Shown one piece after another: positions 48,690 through 58,800 of a stretch of DNA of 64,000 bases. The stretch comes from Candidatus Omnitrophota bacterium (GTDB lineage: Bacteria > Omnitrophota > Gorgyraeia > Zapsychrales > Fredricksoniimonadaceae). Under the pieces are notes generated by a model that made no database searches, was not told the DNA's origin, and saw only the letters and a program-made list of their open reading frames with translations. How positions within the stretch are numbered: the stretch's first letter is position 1; each line of letters opens with the position of its first letter. The DNA lies in assembly GCA_037131245.1 (NCBI GenBank), contig JBAXRK010000003.1, positions 3,333-67,332 on the forward strand, given 5' to 3'. The position numbers were made by a program, and so were the translations under genes.

Positions 48690-49016
48690 ATGAAACGCCT
48701 GTTCGCTGGAATGATGCTGTTGGTATTGGCCGGCGGGGGATGCTCCATGCCGTCGCGTTCGCTGGATAATGGTGCTGCCGCGCTTGTTGCGCCGGTGGAG
48801 GCCGAGTGGATCCGTAACGGCCAGCCGATGGAATTCGACGACCTCACCTGGTATCCCACGGATGATGTGGAGCGCCTGCTCGATAATGAAATGTACAAGA
48901 TCGGGCAGTACAAAGACGTGCCGGTGTTCATTGAGCGTATTGAGGTTAAGCCGTACGCCCGGGTCTATACTCGTTTTGAGAAAGGCCGCTATCGCGCTTT
49001 TGAGCCGCGGGATTGA
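48690..49016 (+). CDS. small lipoprotein inserted between mlaE and mlaF
   Basis: Lipobox LLVLAGGGC. 108 aa. 1 nt after the mlaE stop and 1 nt before the mlaF ATG. Confidence 0.55.
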   Translation: MKRLFAGMMLLVLAGGGCSMPSRSLDNGAAALVAPVEAEWIRNGQPMEFDDLTWYPTDDVERLLDNEMYKIGQYKDVPVFIERIEVKPYARVYTRFEKGRYRAFEPRD

Positions 49017-49017
49017 T

Positions 49018-49737
49018 ATGATCACGGTCGAGGGCTTGTGCAAAGCATTTAACGGTAATAAAGTTCTCGACAAGGTGTCGTTCGAGGTGCCGGCGGGAGA
49101 GCTGGTGGCCTTGATGGGGCTGAGCGGTACGGGAAAAAGCGTGCTGCTTCTTCATATCATCGGGCTGATGTCCCCCGATGCCGGGCGCATTGTGGTGGAC
49201 GGTACGGAGGTGACCGGCCTTCCGGAGAGCAAGCTGCTCGTGTTCCGCCGCAAGATCGGCTATCTGTTCCAGGACAGCGCGCTGTACGATTTTATGACCG
49301 TGGGTGAGAATATCGCCTTTCCTCTTAAGGAACACGGGACCTTAAGCGCGAAGGGTATCCGCGCGAAAGTAGATGAGCATTTAAAGCTGGTCGACCTGGA
49401 CGGCGCTTTTGACAAATATCCGTCGGAGCTTTCGGGCGGGATGCGCAAACGCGCGGCGCTGGCGCGCGCGTTGGTGATGGAGGTGAAGGTCCTCTTGTGC
49501 GATGAGCCGACCTCGGGGCTCGACCCGATCCGCAGCCGCGACATTTCGCTGTTGATCCGCGACCTGTCGAAGAAGACCGGATGCACGACGATCGTGACCT
49601 CGCATGACGCGGTGAACGCGTTTCGCATCGCGGACCGTGCTTTCGTTCTCAATGAGGGGCGCCTGGCGGCCCAGGGATCGGAACGTGATATCAGGTCCTC
49701 GCGGGACCCGTTCATTATGGATTTCTTTAAAGGATGA
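49018..49737 (+). CDS. mlaF: MlaF-like ABC ATP-binding protein
   Basis: Internal ATG at 49018 (MITVEGLCKAF). Walker A GLSGTGKS, signature LSGGMRKR, Walker B VLLCDEPTSGLD. Confidence 0.85.
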   Translation: MITVEGLCKAFNGNKVLDKVSFEVPAGELVALMGLSGTGKSVLLLHIIGLMSPDAGRIVVDGTEVTGLPESKLLVFRRKIGYLFQDSALYDFMTVGENIAFPLKEHGTLSAKGIRAKVDEHLKLVDLDGAFDKYPSELSGGMRKRAALARALVMEVKVLLCDEPTSGLDPIRSRDISLLIRDLSKKTGCTTIVTSHDAVNAFRIADRAFVLNEGRLAAQGSERDIRSSRDPFIMDFFKG

Positions 49738-50333
49738 ATATGGCAAAAGATGATGTGTTCAAACAATTCTGGGCCGGGTTCTTTTTCCTGCTGGGCGTGG
49801 TCCTGGTCTGCGGTGTGATCTTCTTTATCGGTTTTCAAAAAGGCTTCACCGAACCGAAAGTGCGCCTGACGGTGCTGTTCGATAAGGTGAGCGGCCTGAC
49901 CGAAGGCGCGCCGGTGCGGGTTTCCGGCGTGACAGTGGGGTCGGTGGAAAAGATCGAATTTCTTGATGAGGAAGTGATGGGCCGTGGACTGGCTTTGCAG
50001 CTGAGCATTTACCAGAAATTCGCTACACAGGTGACGCGCTGTACAAAAGTGTCGATCTTGACCGAAGGCGTGCTGGGCGCGAAATATGTCGAGATCGGCC
50101 GGGTGGCAGGCGATCAAACGCTGGACATCGAACATCCGATCCTCGGTGAACGGCTGCTGGATGTTTACGACCTGGCCGAGGTCCTGCAGGATACGGCGGC
50201 TTCGTTCAATGACACGACCCGCGGGATCAATTCGATCGTTGGCGAGCTTTCGGTCATTTCACGTAAAAGCAAACGGCTGCTCGACCGGATCGAACAGCGT
50301 GTTATTGACGGCAATTTATTCAAGGTGTTTTGA
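49734..50333 (+). CDS. mlaD: MlaD/MCE-domain protein
   Basis: ATGA overlap with mlaF. N-terminal anchor FWAGFFFLLGVVLVCGVIFFIGF. MCE block VLFDKVSGLTEGAPVRVSGVTVGSVEKI. Confidence 0.8.
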   Translation: MNMAKDDVFKQFWAGFFFLLGVVLVCGVIFFIGFQKGFTEPKVRLTVLFDKVSGLTEGAPVRVSGVTVGSVEKIEFLDEEVMGRGLALQLSIYQKFATQVTRCTKVSILTEGVLGAKYVEIGRVAGDQTLDIEHPILGERLLDVYDLAEVLQDTAASFNDTTRGINSIVGELSVISRKSKRLLDRIEQRVIDGNLFKVF

Positions 50334-50334
50334 C

Positions 50335-51372
50335 ATGAACTTCTATTCCTGGACGATCTCTCCCTGGTTGCTGATCCTGATGACTTTTGTTTCGTGGGTG
50401 GTGGTGCTGGCTACGGTCAAACGGGCCGTTTTTGCCGTGGTCCGCAAATTGGCGTCCGGAACGGCCAATCAGTTCGATGATATTTTTCTCGACGCGCTGG
50501 ATTTGCCTTTGCAGTTGATCGTGTACGCCAGCGGTTTGCTGGTTGTGCAGCAGATGGTTCCCAAGGTGCCTGGCCTGGACTTGCTCAAGATCCTGCTTGA
50601 GGGGTTCAAGGTGGTCAGCATTGTCGCGATCGTGTTCTTTGTGGATAAGCTGGTGCAGGGCCTGATCCATGAATCTTCCAAGACCATGGAGATCGTGAAA
50701 GCGTCCGAAGGGGTGGTGTGCGGGTTCATCCGGGTGCTGGTGTTCGGCCTGGGCGCGCTGATCCTGCTGGATTCTTTCGGCGTTTCGATCACGCCGATCA
50801 TTGCCTCCCTTGGTATCGGTTCGCTGGCGGTGGCGCTCGCTTTGCAACCGACCTTGGAGAATTTTTTCTCTGGCATTCAGCTGATCATCGATAAACCTAT
50901 TCAGATCGGGCACTTTATCCGCCTGGAGTCGGGGGAAGAAGGTATTGTTGAAAGGATCAGCTGGCGTTCCACCTGGATCCTGATGGGCAACAATAATACG
51001 GTGGTCCTGCCGAACAAAATGCTGGTCAATACCCGGGTGACGAATTTTTGTTATCCGAATACCGAGATTGCGGTCGTCGTTGCGGTGGGGGTTCATTACG
51101 CTTCAGATCTCGATAAAGTTGAAAAGGTGACGCTGGACGTCGCCCGCGAGGTGCAGAAAGAGGTTCCCGGGGCGGTCAAGCTGTTCGATCCGGTCCTGCG
51201 GTTGCAAACGTTCGGTGACTCCAGTATCTTCTTTAATGTTGTGCTGCGCGCGGGGGATGTGGCTGCCAGTCAAACGGTCAGGCATGAATTCATCAAGCGC
51301 CTGCAGAGGCGTTATGCCCGCGAAGGGATCATTATCCCGTTCCCGACGCGTACCATTATTCAGCAGTCCTAA
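50335..51372 (+). CDS. MscS-family mechanosensitive channel
   Basis: ATG at 50335, 1 nt after the mlaD stop. Several TM helices. LGIGSLAVALALQPTLENFFSGIQLIIDKPIQIGHFI pore/beta-domain block. Confidence 0.8.
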   Translation: MNFYSWTISPWLLILMTFVSWVVVLATVKRAVFAVVRKLASGTANQFDDIFLDALDLPLQLIVYASGLLVVQQMVPKVPGLDLLKILLEGFKVVSIVAIVFFVDKLVQGLIHESSKTMEIVKASEGVVCGFIRVLVFGLGALILLDSFGVSITPIIASLGIGSLAVALALQPTLENFFSGIQLIIDKPIQIGHFIRLESGEEGIVERISWRSTWILMGNNNTVVLPNKMLVNTRVTNFCYPNTEIAVVVAVGVHYASDLDKVEKVTLDVAREVQKEVPGAVKLFDPVLRLQTFGDSSIFFNVVLRAGDVAASQTVRHEFIKRLQRRYAREGIIIPFPTRTIIQQS

Positions 51373-51386
51373 AGAAAGGCCATACC

Positions 51387-51680
51387 ATGTTCGTCCTGTC
51401 CAATTTATTTACCGCGCTGGCTAAAATGGTCGATATCGGCCTCACGATCTTTTACTGGTTGATCCTGGTGCGGGCGCTCATCAGCTGGGTTAATCCGGAC
51501 CCGTTCAATCCTATTGTGCAGTTCCTTGAGCGCAGTACTGAGTGGATGCTGGCCCCGCTACGCCGCATCATGCCCGCGCTGGCCATCGACATTTCGCCGA
51601 TCATCGCCTTCTTAATTATAATCTTTTTAAAGCATTTTTTAGTCCAGACGCTTTACGACCTTTCATTCTCGATGCGCTGA
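51387..51680 (+). CDS. yggT: YggT-family membrane protein
   Basis: LILVRALISWVNPDPFNPIVQFL...TEWMLAPLRRIMP...DISPIIAFLII. Confidence 0.8.
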   Translation: MFVLSNLFTALAKMVDIGLTIFYWLILVRALISWVNPDPFNPIVQFLERSTEWMLAPLRRIMPALAIDISPIIAFLIIIFLKHFLVQTLYDLSFSMR

Positions 51681-51737
51681 GCGTTTTTTGACTTGCCAAA
51701 GACAGGATTATGGAGTATAAAAAAGTGGTTCGAAAAT

Positions 51738-51770
51738 AACACAAGGCGTGATGCCTTGTGTTCTTTATTT
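51738..51770 (+). terminator. rho-independent terminator after yggT
   Basis: 10-bp perfect stem AACACAAGGC (51738-51747) / GCCTTGTGTT (51753-51762), 5-nt loop, then CTTTATTT. It sits just before the ybaB SD (AAGAGGAGGA). Confidence 0.6.
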
Positions 51771-51783
51771 AAGAGGAGGACGC

Positions 51784-52083
51784 ATGTTCGATCAAATGAA
51801 GAAATTAATGGAATTAAAGACCCAGGCCGACAAGCTCAAGAAAGAGCTGGAGAAGATCGTGATCGAATGTACCGATGTGCGCGGGATCAAGATCAAGATC
51901 AATGGCGCGCAGATGATCCAGGCCGTCGAGGTAGAGGATAGCTGGCTGCAGCCTGACCAGAAGGCCCGCTTTCAGGTGGAGCTGGTCCGGGCGCTCAACA
52001 CAGCCACGCTCAAGTCACAGAAACAGGCCGCCATGCAGATGCAGAAATCCGGCGGGCTCAATATTCCGGGATTGACCGGGTAA
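51784..52083 (+). CDS. ybaB: YbaB/EbfC-family nucleoid-associated protein
   Basis: AGGAGGA SD. MFDQMKKLMELKTQADKLKKELEK...GIKIKINGAQMIQAVEVEDSWL...ELVRALNTA follows the YbaB pattern. Confidence 0.7.
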   Translation: MFDQMKKLMELKTQADKLKKELEKIVIECTDVRGIKIKINGAQMIQAVEVEDSWLQPDQKARFQVELVRALNTATLKSQKQAAMQMQKSGGLNIPGLTG

Positions 52084-52108
52084 CCAGTTTTAAACGAAGG
52101 AGTTTCAA

Positions 52109-52342
52109 ATGCCTTATGACAAGTCGCTAGACCAGGAACTTTTCAAAGAGGTCAAGGATTTTGACGGCACCCGCATTACGATCGGCGTCTTCTCGTATAA
52201 TAACGGGACCAAGAAGCTGCAGCTCGGCCGCGAGAACCAGAATGCCGCCGGTGAGTGGGCGTTCAGCAAGCTTGGCCGTATGACCAAGGAAGAAGCGGTT
52301 GAGGTTATCCCCGTGATGACCAAGGCTGTCGGAAGCATGTAA
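52109..52342 (+). CDS. small hypothetical protein (possibly PC4/YdbC-like fold)
   Basis: GAAGGAG SD. 77 aa. FDGTRITIGVFSYNNGTKKLQLGRE...FSKLGRMTKEEA loosely recalls YdbC/PC4-like ssDNA-binding proteins. Weak. Confidence 0.4.
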   Translation: MPYDKSLDQELFKEVKDFDGTRITIGVFSYNNGTKKLQLGRENQNAAGEWAFSKLGRMTKEEAVEVIPVMTKAVGSM

Positions 52343-52345
52343 TTT

Positions 52346-52819
52346 ATGGCCGGACAAGTCTATCTTACCCGGGATGGGTATCAGAAACTGGTTGATCAGC
52401 TGGAGTCGCTAAAGACCACCGAGCGTCAGCGCATTGCCAGGGCGATTGGCGAGGCAAGGGCGCAGGGCGACATTTCGGAGAACGCTGAATACGACGCCGC
52501 GAAGGACGCGCAGGCGCATAATGAGGCGCGTATTGCCGAGATGGAAGGCACCCTGGTGGACGTGGCGTTCATCGAGGACATGAATATTCCGGCGGACAAG
52601 ATCTTCATCGGGGCTAAGGTGAAGCTCACGGATCTTGATACGAAGCAGAATATTTCGTATATGCTGGTGTCGCCCCAGGAAGCTGCTTTCGGCCAGGATC
52701 GGTTGTCAGTTTTTTCGCCGATCGGCCAGGGTTTGCTTAAGCATAAGGTGGGTGACGAGGTCATCATTACCGTTCCCGCCGGTATTAAGAAGTTCAAGGT
52801 ACTTGATATAAAGCGCTAA
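52346..52819 (+). CDS. greA: transcription elongation factor GreA
   Basis: LTRDGYQKLVDQLESLK..ERQRIARAIGEARAQGDISENAEYDAAKDAQ. C-terminal FKBP-like half SPIGQGLLKHKVGDEV. Confidence 0.9.
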   Translation: MAGQVYLTRDGYQKLVDQLESLKTTERQRIARAIGEARAQGDISENAEYDAAKDAQAHNEARIAEMEGTLVDVAFIEDMNIPADKIFIGAKVKLTDLDTKQNISYMLVSPQEAAFGQDRLSVFSPIGQGLLKHKVGDEVIITVPAGIKKFKVLDIKR

Positions 52820-52845
52820 TAGGGCGCTGTCCCTTGTTCACTTTT

Positions 52846-52875
52846 TTGGCAATTGGTAAAAGCATAGTCTATACT
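52846..52875 (+). promoter_or_regulatory. promoter candidate TTGGCA-N18-TATACT, 10 nt upstream of the P3 ATG
   Basis: TTGGCA 52846-52851, 18-nt spacer, TATACT 52870-52875, ATG 52886. No SD between them, which implies a leader of only a few nt. Confidence 0.45.
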
Positions 52876-52885
52876 TTGTATAAAT

Positions 52886-55800
52886 ATGCTTTTATTAAGT
52901 CTTATAAATAGATGCTTGTTCTGGCGAAGGTCTTTGTCGTTGCTGGTCTTGGTGGCTTTTGCGCTGACCGGAAGCGGCATTCCTTTGCGTGCCGCCTCCG
53001 CCCAGGAGATGCTGGCCCTGCCCACGCCGGGTAGCCGCTTGAGTTTAAGCGCGGCGACGGCCCCCGCGATCCTCAAGGGCTTGCGGGTTTATCCTAAAGA
53101 TCCACTGCGATTCGATTTTATCCTTGATAAAGGTGATGCGCCCGCAGCGGACGCCGATCTTAAGACGGAATCGAATCGTCTTATTAAATACTTTCTCGCC
53201 TCACTGACCATCCCTGAAAAAGACCTTTGGGTCAATCTTTCCCCTTACGAAAAAGACCGTATTGTGCCGCCGGGTTTTGGCCGGACCGAAATGGCCCGCG
53301 ACCTGCTGGCGCAGGACTATATCCTCAAACAACTGACCGCCTCGATCCTCTATCCCGAGGGGGAGTGGGGGAAGAAATTCTGGCAAGAGGTCTATGCCAA
53401 GGCCTATCAGCAATTTGGGACCACCGACGTTCCTGTTGATACATTTAACAAGGTCTGGATCACGCCTTCAAAAGCCGTGGTTTACGAGAACGCGCAGGCC
53501 GGGACGGCCTATGTTGTGGAAAGCAACCTGAAGGTCATGCTTGATACGGACTATCTGGCTGCCCAGAGCCGGGAGGTGCCGGCGGGTGGTTTGAAGGACG
53601 ATATTGCCAAACAGGTTTTGCGCGCGATCATTATTCCCGCTCTTGAGAAAGAAGTGAACGAGGGAGAGAACTTTGCCCGGCTACGCCAGGTCTATCAGTC
53701 GCTGATCCTGGCGGTATGGTTCAAGAAAAAAGTCACGTCGGGCATCTTGAATAAAATATACGTGGATCGCGGTAAGGTGGAGGGTGTTAGCGTCGATGAT
53801 CCGCAGGCCGCGCGGAAGATCTGGGCGCAGTATGTCGAGGCGTTCAAGAAGGGTGTTTACAACTACATCAAGGATGAGAACGATCCTGTGACGCAGGAAG
53901 TGATCCCCCGTAAATATTTTTCCGGCGGCGTGGATTTCGCGGCCAAGGTCAGTGAAGCGATGGACGTGGTCCATTCGGTTGACCATGCCGCCTTTGGGGA
54001 TCAGCCCGGGCGCTACATGGCGCTGTCGATGAGGGCCAGGCCCGTAGATATGGCGCAGGACGGGGAGGCGGATAAAGGTGAGGCTGCCCGGGTCAGCAAC
54101 GAGATCGACCGTTTTCTTGGCGATCCGTTATGGGAAGAGCAAGAAACAGACCTGTCTCTGAAGAGTTTCTTTACAGAGCGCGGCGCGAAGTGGGGCCTTT
54201 TTCCGTCGGGACTTGTTATCGGGGACTTTAACCCGGGGATCGTTTACGCTCGACTCGGCAAAGATCTTAAGGACATTGTTCTGTCCCGGATGGAAAGATC
54301 CGACGGTGTTTTGACGCGTCTTGAATTTCGCTGTGTGAGGGAGGACGGATCGAGAGGAGACGCTGTCTGGCAGCGGGTCAGCGCCGGGGTGTGGGAATCC
54401 GAGAGCAGCCTTGTCAGGAGTGATATTGAGGCCAAACGCGAAGTTGTTTTATCCCGGATCAGGGCTATTCTGGCTGATGAGGATTGGCAGTCCATTGAAC
54501 CCGGCTTATCGCTGAAAGAATTATTTTCGCCTGCCGCATTGAATATTGCCTCATTTCCTCCGGCGCTGGTGATCGATGATTTTCAACGGGACCGGGGATC
54601 TGTCGGCGTTGGCAGGCACTGCGATGATATTGTTCTGGCCAGAATGGAGCGGGTGGACGGAGAATTATCACGGATCGTCTTCCGGGGGGTTAAGCAGGAC
54701 GTTCCGGGAGTGGAGGCGGCCTGGGTACGGAATGCGGACGGGGCTTGGGAGCAGGAGATGAGCGCTGAAGACAAAGCTCTTGAGCAGAAAAAGGCCGAAG
54801 TCGTGGCAACGATCAAGAGTGCCTTGGTGGACCCTGTTTGGCAAGTTAAAGAACTGAGCGTGTCCCTTAAAGAGGCGGGAGAAAATTCTTTTCTCTTGAA
54901 CGGATCGTTTCCGTACGGTTTTTCAGTAGCTGATTTTATACCTGATCAGAGGTCGGCGCATGCCGGTACCGCTCTAACGGATCTTGTCTTGGTCCGGATG
55001 GAAAGAGTGGAGGGGGTCCTGGTAAAACTTGTTTTCCGAGGGATTGGCGATAAGGGGAACAGGGACGCGACCTGGCGGCGGTCTGCTGATGGTGTTTGGG
55101 AGGAAGAAACCATCGCGGCAGAACAACGGTCCGCGCAGATGGCCCGGGATCAGATTGAAACACTCTTGAAAGATCCTGATTGGCAGGTAAATGATACCGA
55201 GGTATCTGTCAAAGCACTGGTGACTGTCGGCGGGGCTTTTTCAACAGCTTTTTCTATCGGTGACTTTCATCCAGGCGCTGTTCAGATCGGCGTCGGGGTG
55301 CGCTCGGATGATCTGTTGCTGACACAGATGGTAAGGACGGCGAGAGTTTTAACGCGGTTGGTTTTTAGGGGCGTAAGGCCAAGCGGCGATCTTGAGGTGG
55401 TTTGGAAAAAGGGCAGCGACGGCCTTTGGGCGCAGGAAGACATTCTCTCCGAGATCGTGGCTCCGGTGAATATCCTGCTGGGGGATCCTGCGTGGCAGAC
55501 AAAAGAACTTGCAGTGTCCCTTAAAGGGGTAAGAGAAAGCGCATACTTAAAAGATGGTACTTTTCCTAGCGGTATCAGCATCGATGATTTTCAACCCGGC
55601 CAGTTGGCTGTCGGTGTGGGAAAGAAATTAAAAGATCTTTTATTGGTGCGGATGGAAAGAACGGGCGCCCGGTTGTCAAGGCTGGTATTCAAAGGGGTCA
55701 AAGAGGACGATACCGAAGTGCTATCCGTCTGGGAGCGCAACGCGGCCGGGGAGTGGGAACGGGAGCGTAAGAAAAAGGAGATCGTGGCGCAGATCAACGC

Positions 55801-58800
55801 GTTATTGGCCGATCCCGGCTGGCGGCATAAAGAATGCCGGATCTCTTTGATGGCTTGGGCCGGGGAGGCGGTGGTGAGGGAGGGTCGTTTTCCCACTCGT
55901 TTTTCTGCCGGTGATTTTGTATCTGAAAATCAGAGCGTTGGAGTAGGTAAGGATGTTGAGGACCTGGTGTTGTCCGGGATGGAAAGGACGGAGCAGGGGG
56001 TATTGGATCGGTTGGAATTCACGGCGTTTAAAGAGGATGGCACACAAGAATCGGCGATCTGGAACAGGCAGAGAGACGGGGTATGGGTGAAAGAGGATAA
56101 AGTAGCGGATCAGTTAGCGCAGATCGCTCAGATCCTGGCTCAGCCCGATTGGCAAGAGAAAGATGTTGAGCTGTCCCTTGGCGAGGCCTGGGGTAAGAGC
56201 TCGCTGTACAGGGGCCGGTTCATCAAGAGGTTTAAGATCGCCGATTTCTCGCCGGGGTTTACGCGGATCGGTGTGAGTGGCGGGTTGAAGGATATCGTGC
56301 TTTCCCGGATGGAGCGCTCGGGAAATGTTCTTACCCGGTTGGTATTCAAAGGAGTCCACCTTGATGGCCTGATCGTTTCGGCGGCTTGGGTCAGGGTAGG
56401 TGAGGGATTTTGGGAGAAAGAAAAAAGTCCCGAGGAGAAAGTTGCTGAGGAGCTGAAGACGGCGGGCCAGTCGGTGCTTGAAGCTCTTCTTGCTGATACC
56501 GGCTGGCAGATCATTGAGCCGGGTTTGTCCTTAAAGCATGTTTTTGGAGAGGCCTACTTGTCCAGGGCAGTATTTCCGCAGATCTTTGCCGTCGGAGACT
56601 TTAAACCCGGGACGGTTGCTGTCGGCCTTAGAAAGAATTTGGCAGATATTGTTTTGACGCGGCTTGAGCGGCAGCAGGGGGTGTTAAGCCGGCTTATTTT
56701 TGAGGGGCTACAAGAGGACGGGACAAGAATAATGGCGGTTTGGAGGAGAGGGTCTAACGGGGTGTGGGAGCAGGAGCAGAGCGATGCAGAGATGGAAAGT
56801 AACAGGAAGAATGCTCAGTTGAACGAGCAGATAAAGAAGTTTATCGACGATCCCAGTTGGCAGGTAAAAGAGCCGGGACTGTCATTGAAAGAGATCCTTG
56901 GCCCGGCGGCGCTAAAGACGGGGTACTTTCGTCGAAGCCTGGTGATCGGGGATTTCGATCCTGGCAACAAGCCGCTTGGCTTGGGAGAAAATTTGCTTGA
57001 TCTCTTTCTCACGCGCATGGAGCGTGAGGAAGGGCTCTTATCTCGGCTGTTCTTTCAAGGGGTTAAAAAAGATGGCTCTCTGGTGGAAGTAGCCTGGCGG
57101 CGGTCAGCTGATGGGGTTTGGCAGGCGGAGCTGACGCCCGAGGTGGATTTGCAGATCAAAACAGCGGCGGCGGTATCTTCCCGGATCAAAGACTTGTTGA
57201 GCGACCCGCAGTGGTCGGTCCAAGAGCCGGGGATATCGCTCGGGATCATGATGGGTAAGGCGTCGCTCCAGCAGGGGATCTTTCTTAAGTCATTTACAAT
57301 TGCTGATTTTAATCCAGGAAAAGAATCTATCGGCGTTGGCACCAGGCTGACGGATCTGGTCCTGTCCCGGATGGAACGGGTCAGCGGCGTCCTGACAAGG
57401 CTTGTTTTTCTTGGGATCAAGAAGAGTGAATCGGGGGTTCCTTCTGCCTGGAGGCGCGGCGCGGATGGGAGATGGGAACAGGAGTTGAATGCCGAGGATG
57501 AGTTGCTCAAACAGAGCAGGGCCGTGGCGTTGGCCCGGATCACGGAAGTGCTGGCCGATCCCGGCTGGGAGGGGAAGGATCTCGATCTGTCGCTCAGAGG
57601 CGTCTTAGGGAAAGTCGCATTGTTACATGGGAAATTCAAGCGGCTTTTCAGCATTGCGGATTTTTCGCCGGACATTATCGCGATCGGCACGGGCTCTATC
57701 GTTGATCTTATGTTGGTCCGGATGGAAAGACAAGCCGGGGTATTGTCGCGCCTGATGTTCAAAGGGATAAAGAAGAATGGCGTTGAAACGACGGTTGTCT
57801 GGAGGCGGTCGAGCGCCGGCGTGTGGGAGCGGGAGCGTAGCGTAGAAGAACTGGCAAACGAACAGAAGGTCAAGGATATATTGGCCCGGATCGCGTCATT
57901 GCTGGCTGATCCGAATTGGGTGCAGAAAGAGCCGGACCTTTCATTAAAAGAACTGGCCGGCTCGGAGGCTTTATTCAAGGGGCACTTTTCGAGGGATATT
58001 GTTATTGGCGATTTCAAGCCCGGTGCGGTGTCCATCGGCAATGTAGGTGTTTGGCTCAAAGACATCACATTAGCCCGGATAGAAAGAAAAGACGGGGCTC
58101 TTTCTCGGTTGGTATTCCAGGGGCTCAAGAAGGATGGGCGCGTCAAAGAATCAGTGTGGGTGAGGGATGCTTCCGGACAATGGGGTAGAGAAGATAATAT
58201 CCAAGAGGCCAGGGAAAAGATAGCGCGCGCGGCTGTCGAGAAGGGAATAAGCGAACTTTTCGGCGGCGTTTGGAGCCGGGAGCTTTGGAGTTCCATGGCT
58301 GCCCGTTACTCGCTGGACATCCGTAATATCCTCTGGCGGCTGGCGGCGGCTCAAATGGATGATTCTTATGACGAGGAACAGCTTAAAGCGATCGTTGATG
58401 ACCGGATCATGGACATGATCTCAGCCTCGATCGATGATAAAACAACAGAGCTTCCGCCGGTTCCCGATAGTAAGAGCGCGGATGATCTTTTCGCGGGCAG
58501 CAGCCAGGACAGTGTTCGCCAGCTGGCGAATCATTTACAGAAGAGCTTTGATAAGATCACGGAAGGCCGTCAGCGCAAGGAAGCCTTGCTGGCGATCCTG
58601 CGCCGGCAAGCCGTGGAATTTGTTCGTAAACTCGAGGAAAAATATTTCTTCCGCCAGTATTACGCCCAGCAGGGGGAGTCGGATCCGGTCGTTAAAACAG
58701 TCGCGGCGGTTCGGGCCGCTCGGGATACTGAGCCGGAAGGCATCCTGAAGGACGCGCTGACCATGATCCTGACATCGATGGAGGAGAAAGTCATTCCGCT

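Noticed and set aside
49260-51096. Minus-strand ORFs of 291 aa (49260-50135) and 258 aa (50320-51096)
   Set aside because: Antisense to mlaF/mlaD and the MscS-family gene, whose frames carry Walker, MCE and MscS motifs. The antisense products are His/Arg/Gln-rich with no family features.
52886-53010. Twin-arginine (Tat) signal in P3 (FWRRSLSLLVL)
   Set aside because: The RR is present but the surrounding consensus (S/T-R-R-x-F-L-K) is only partly matched, and P1 and P2 have K/R-type n-regions. I cannot distinguish Tat from Sec by eye, so no claim is made.
57055-58296. 413-aa minus-strand ORF inside P3 (and a 254-aa one at 58850-59614)
   Set aside because: Ser/Pro/Arg-rich composition and no recognisable motifs. 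It is fully nested antisense to a frame with strong repeat and SNF2 signatures.
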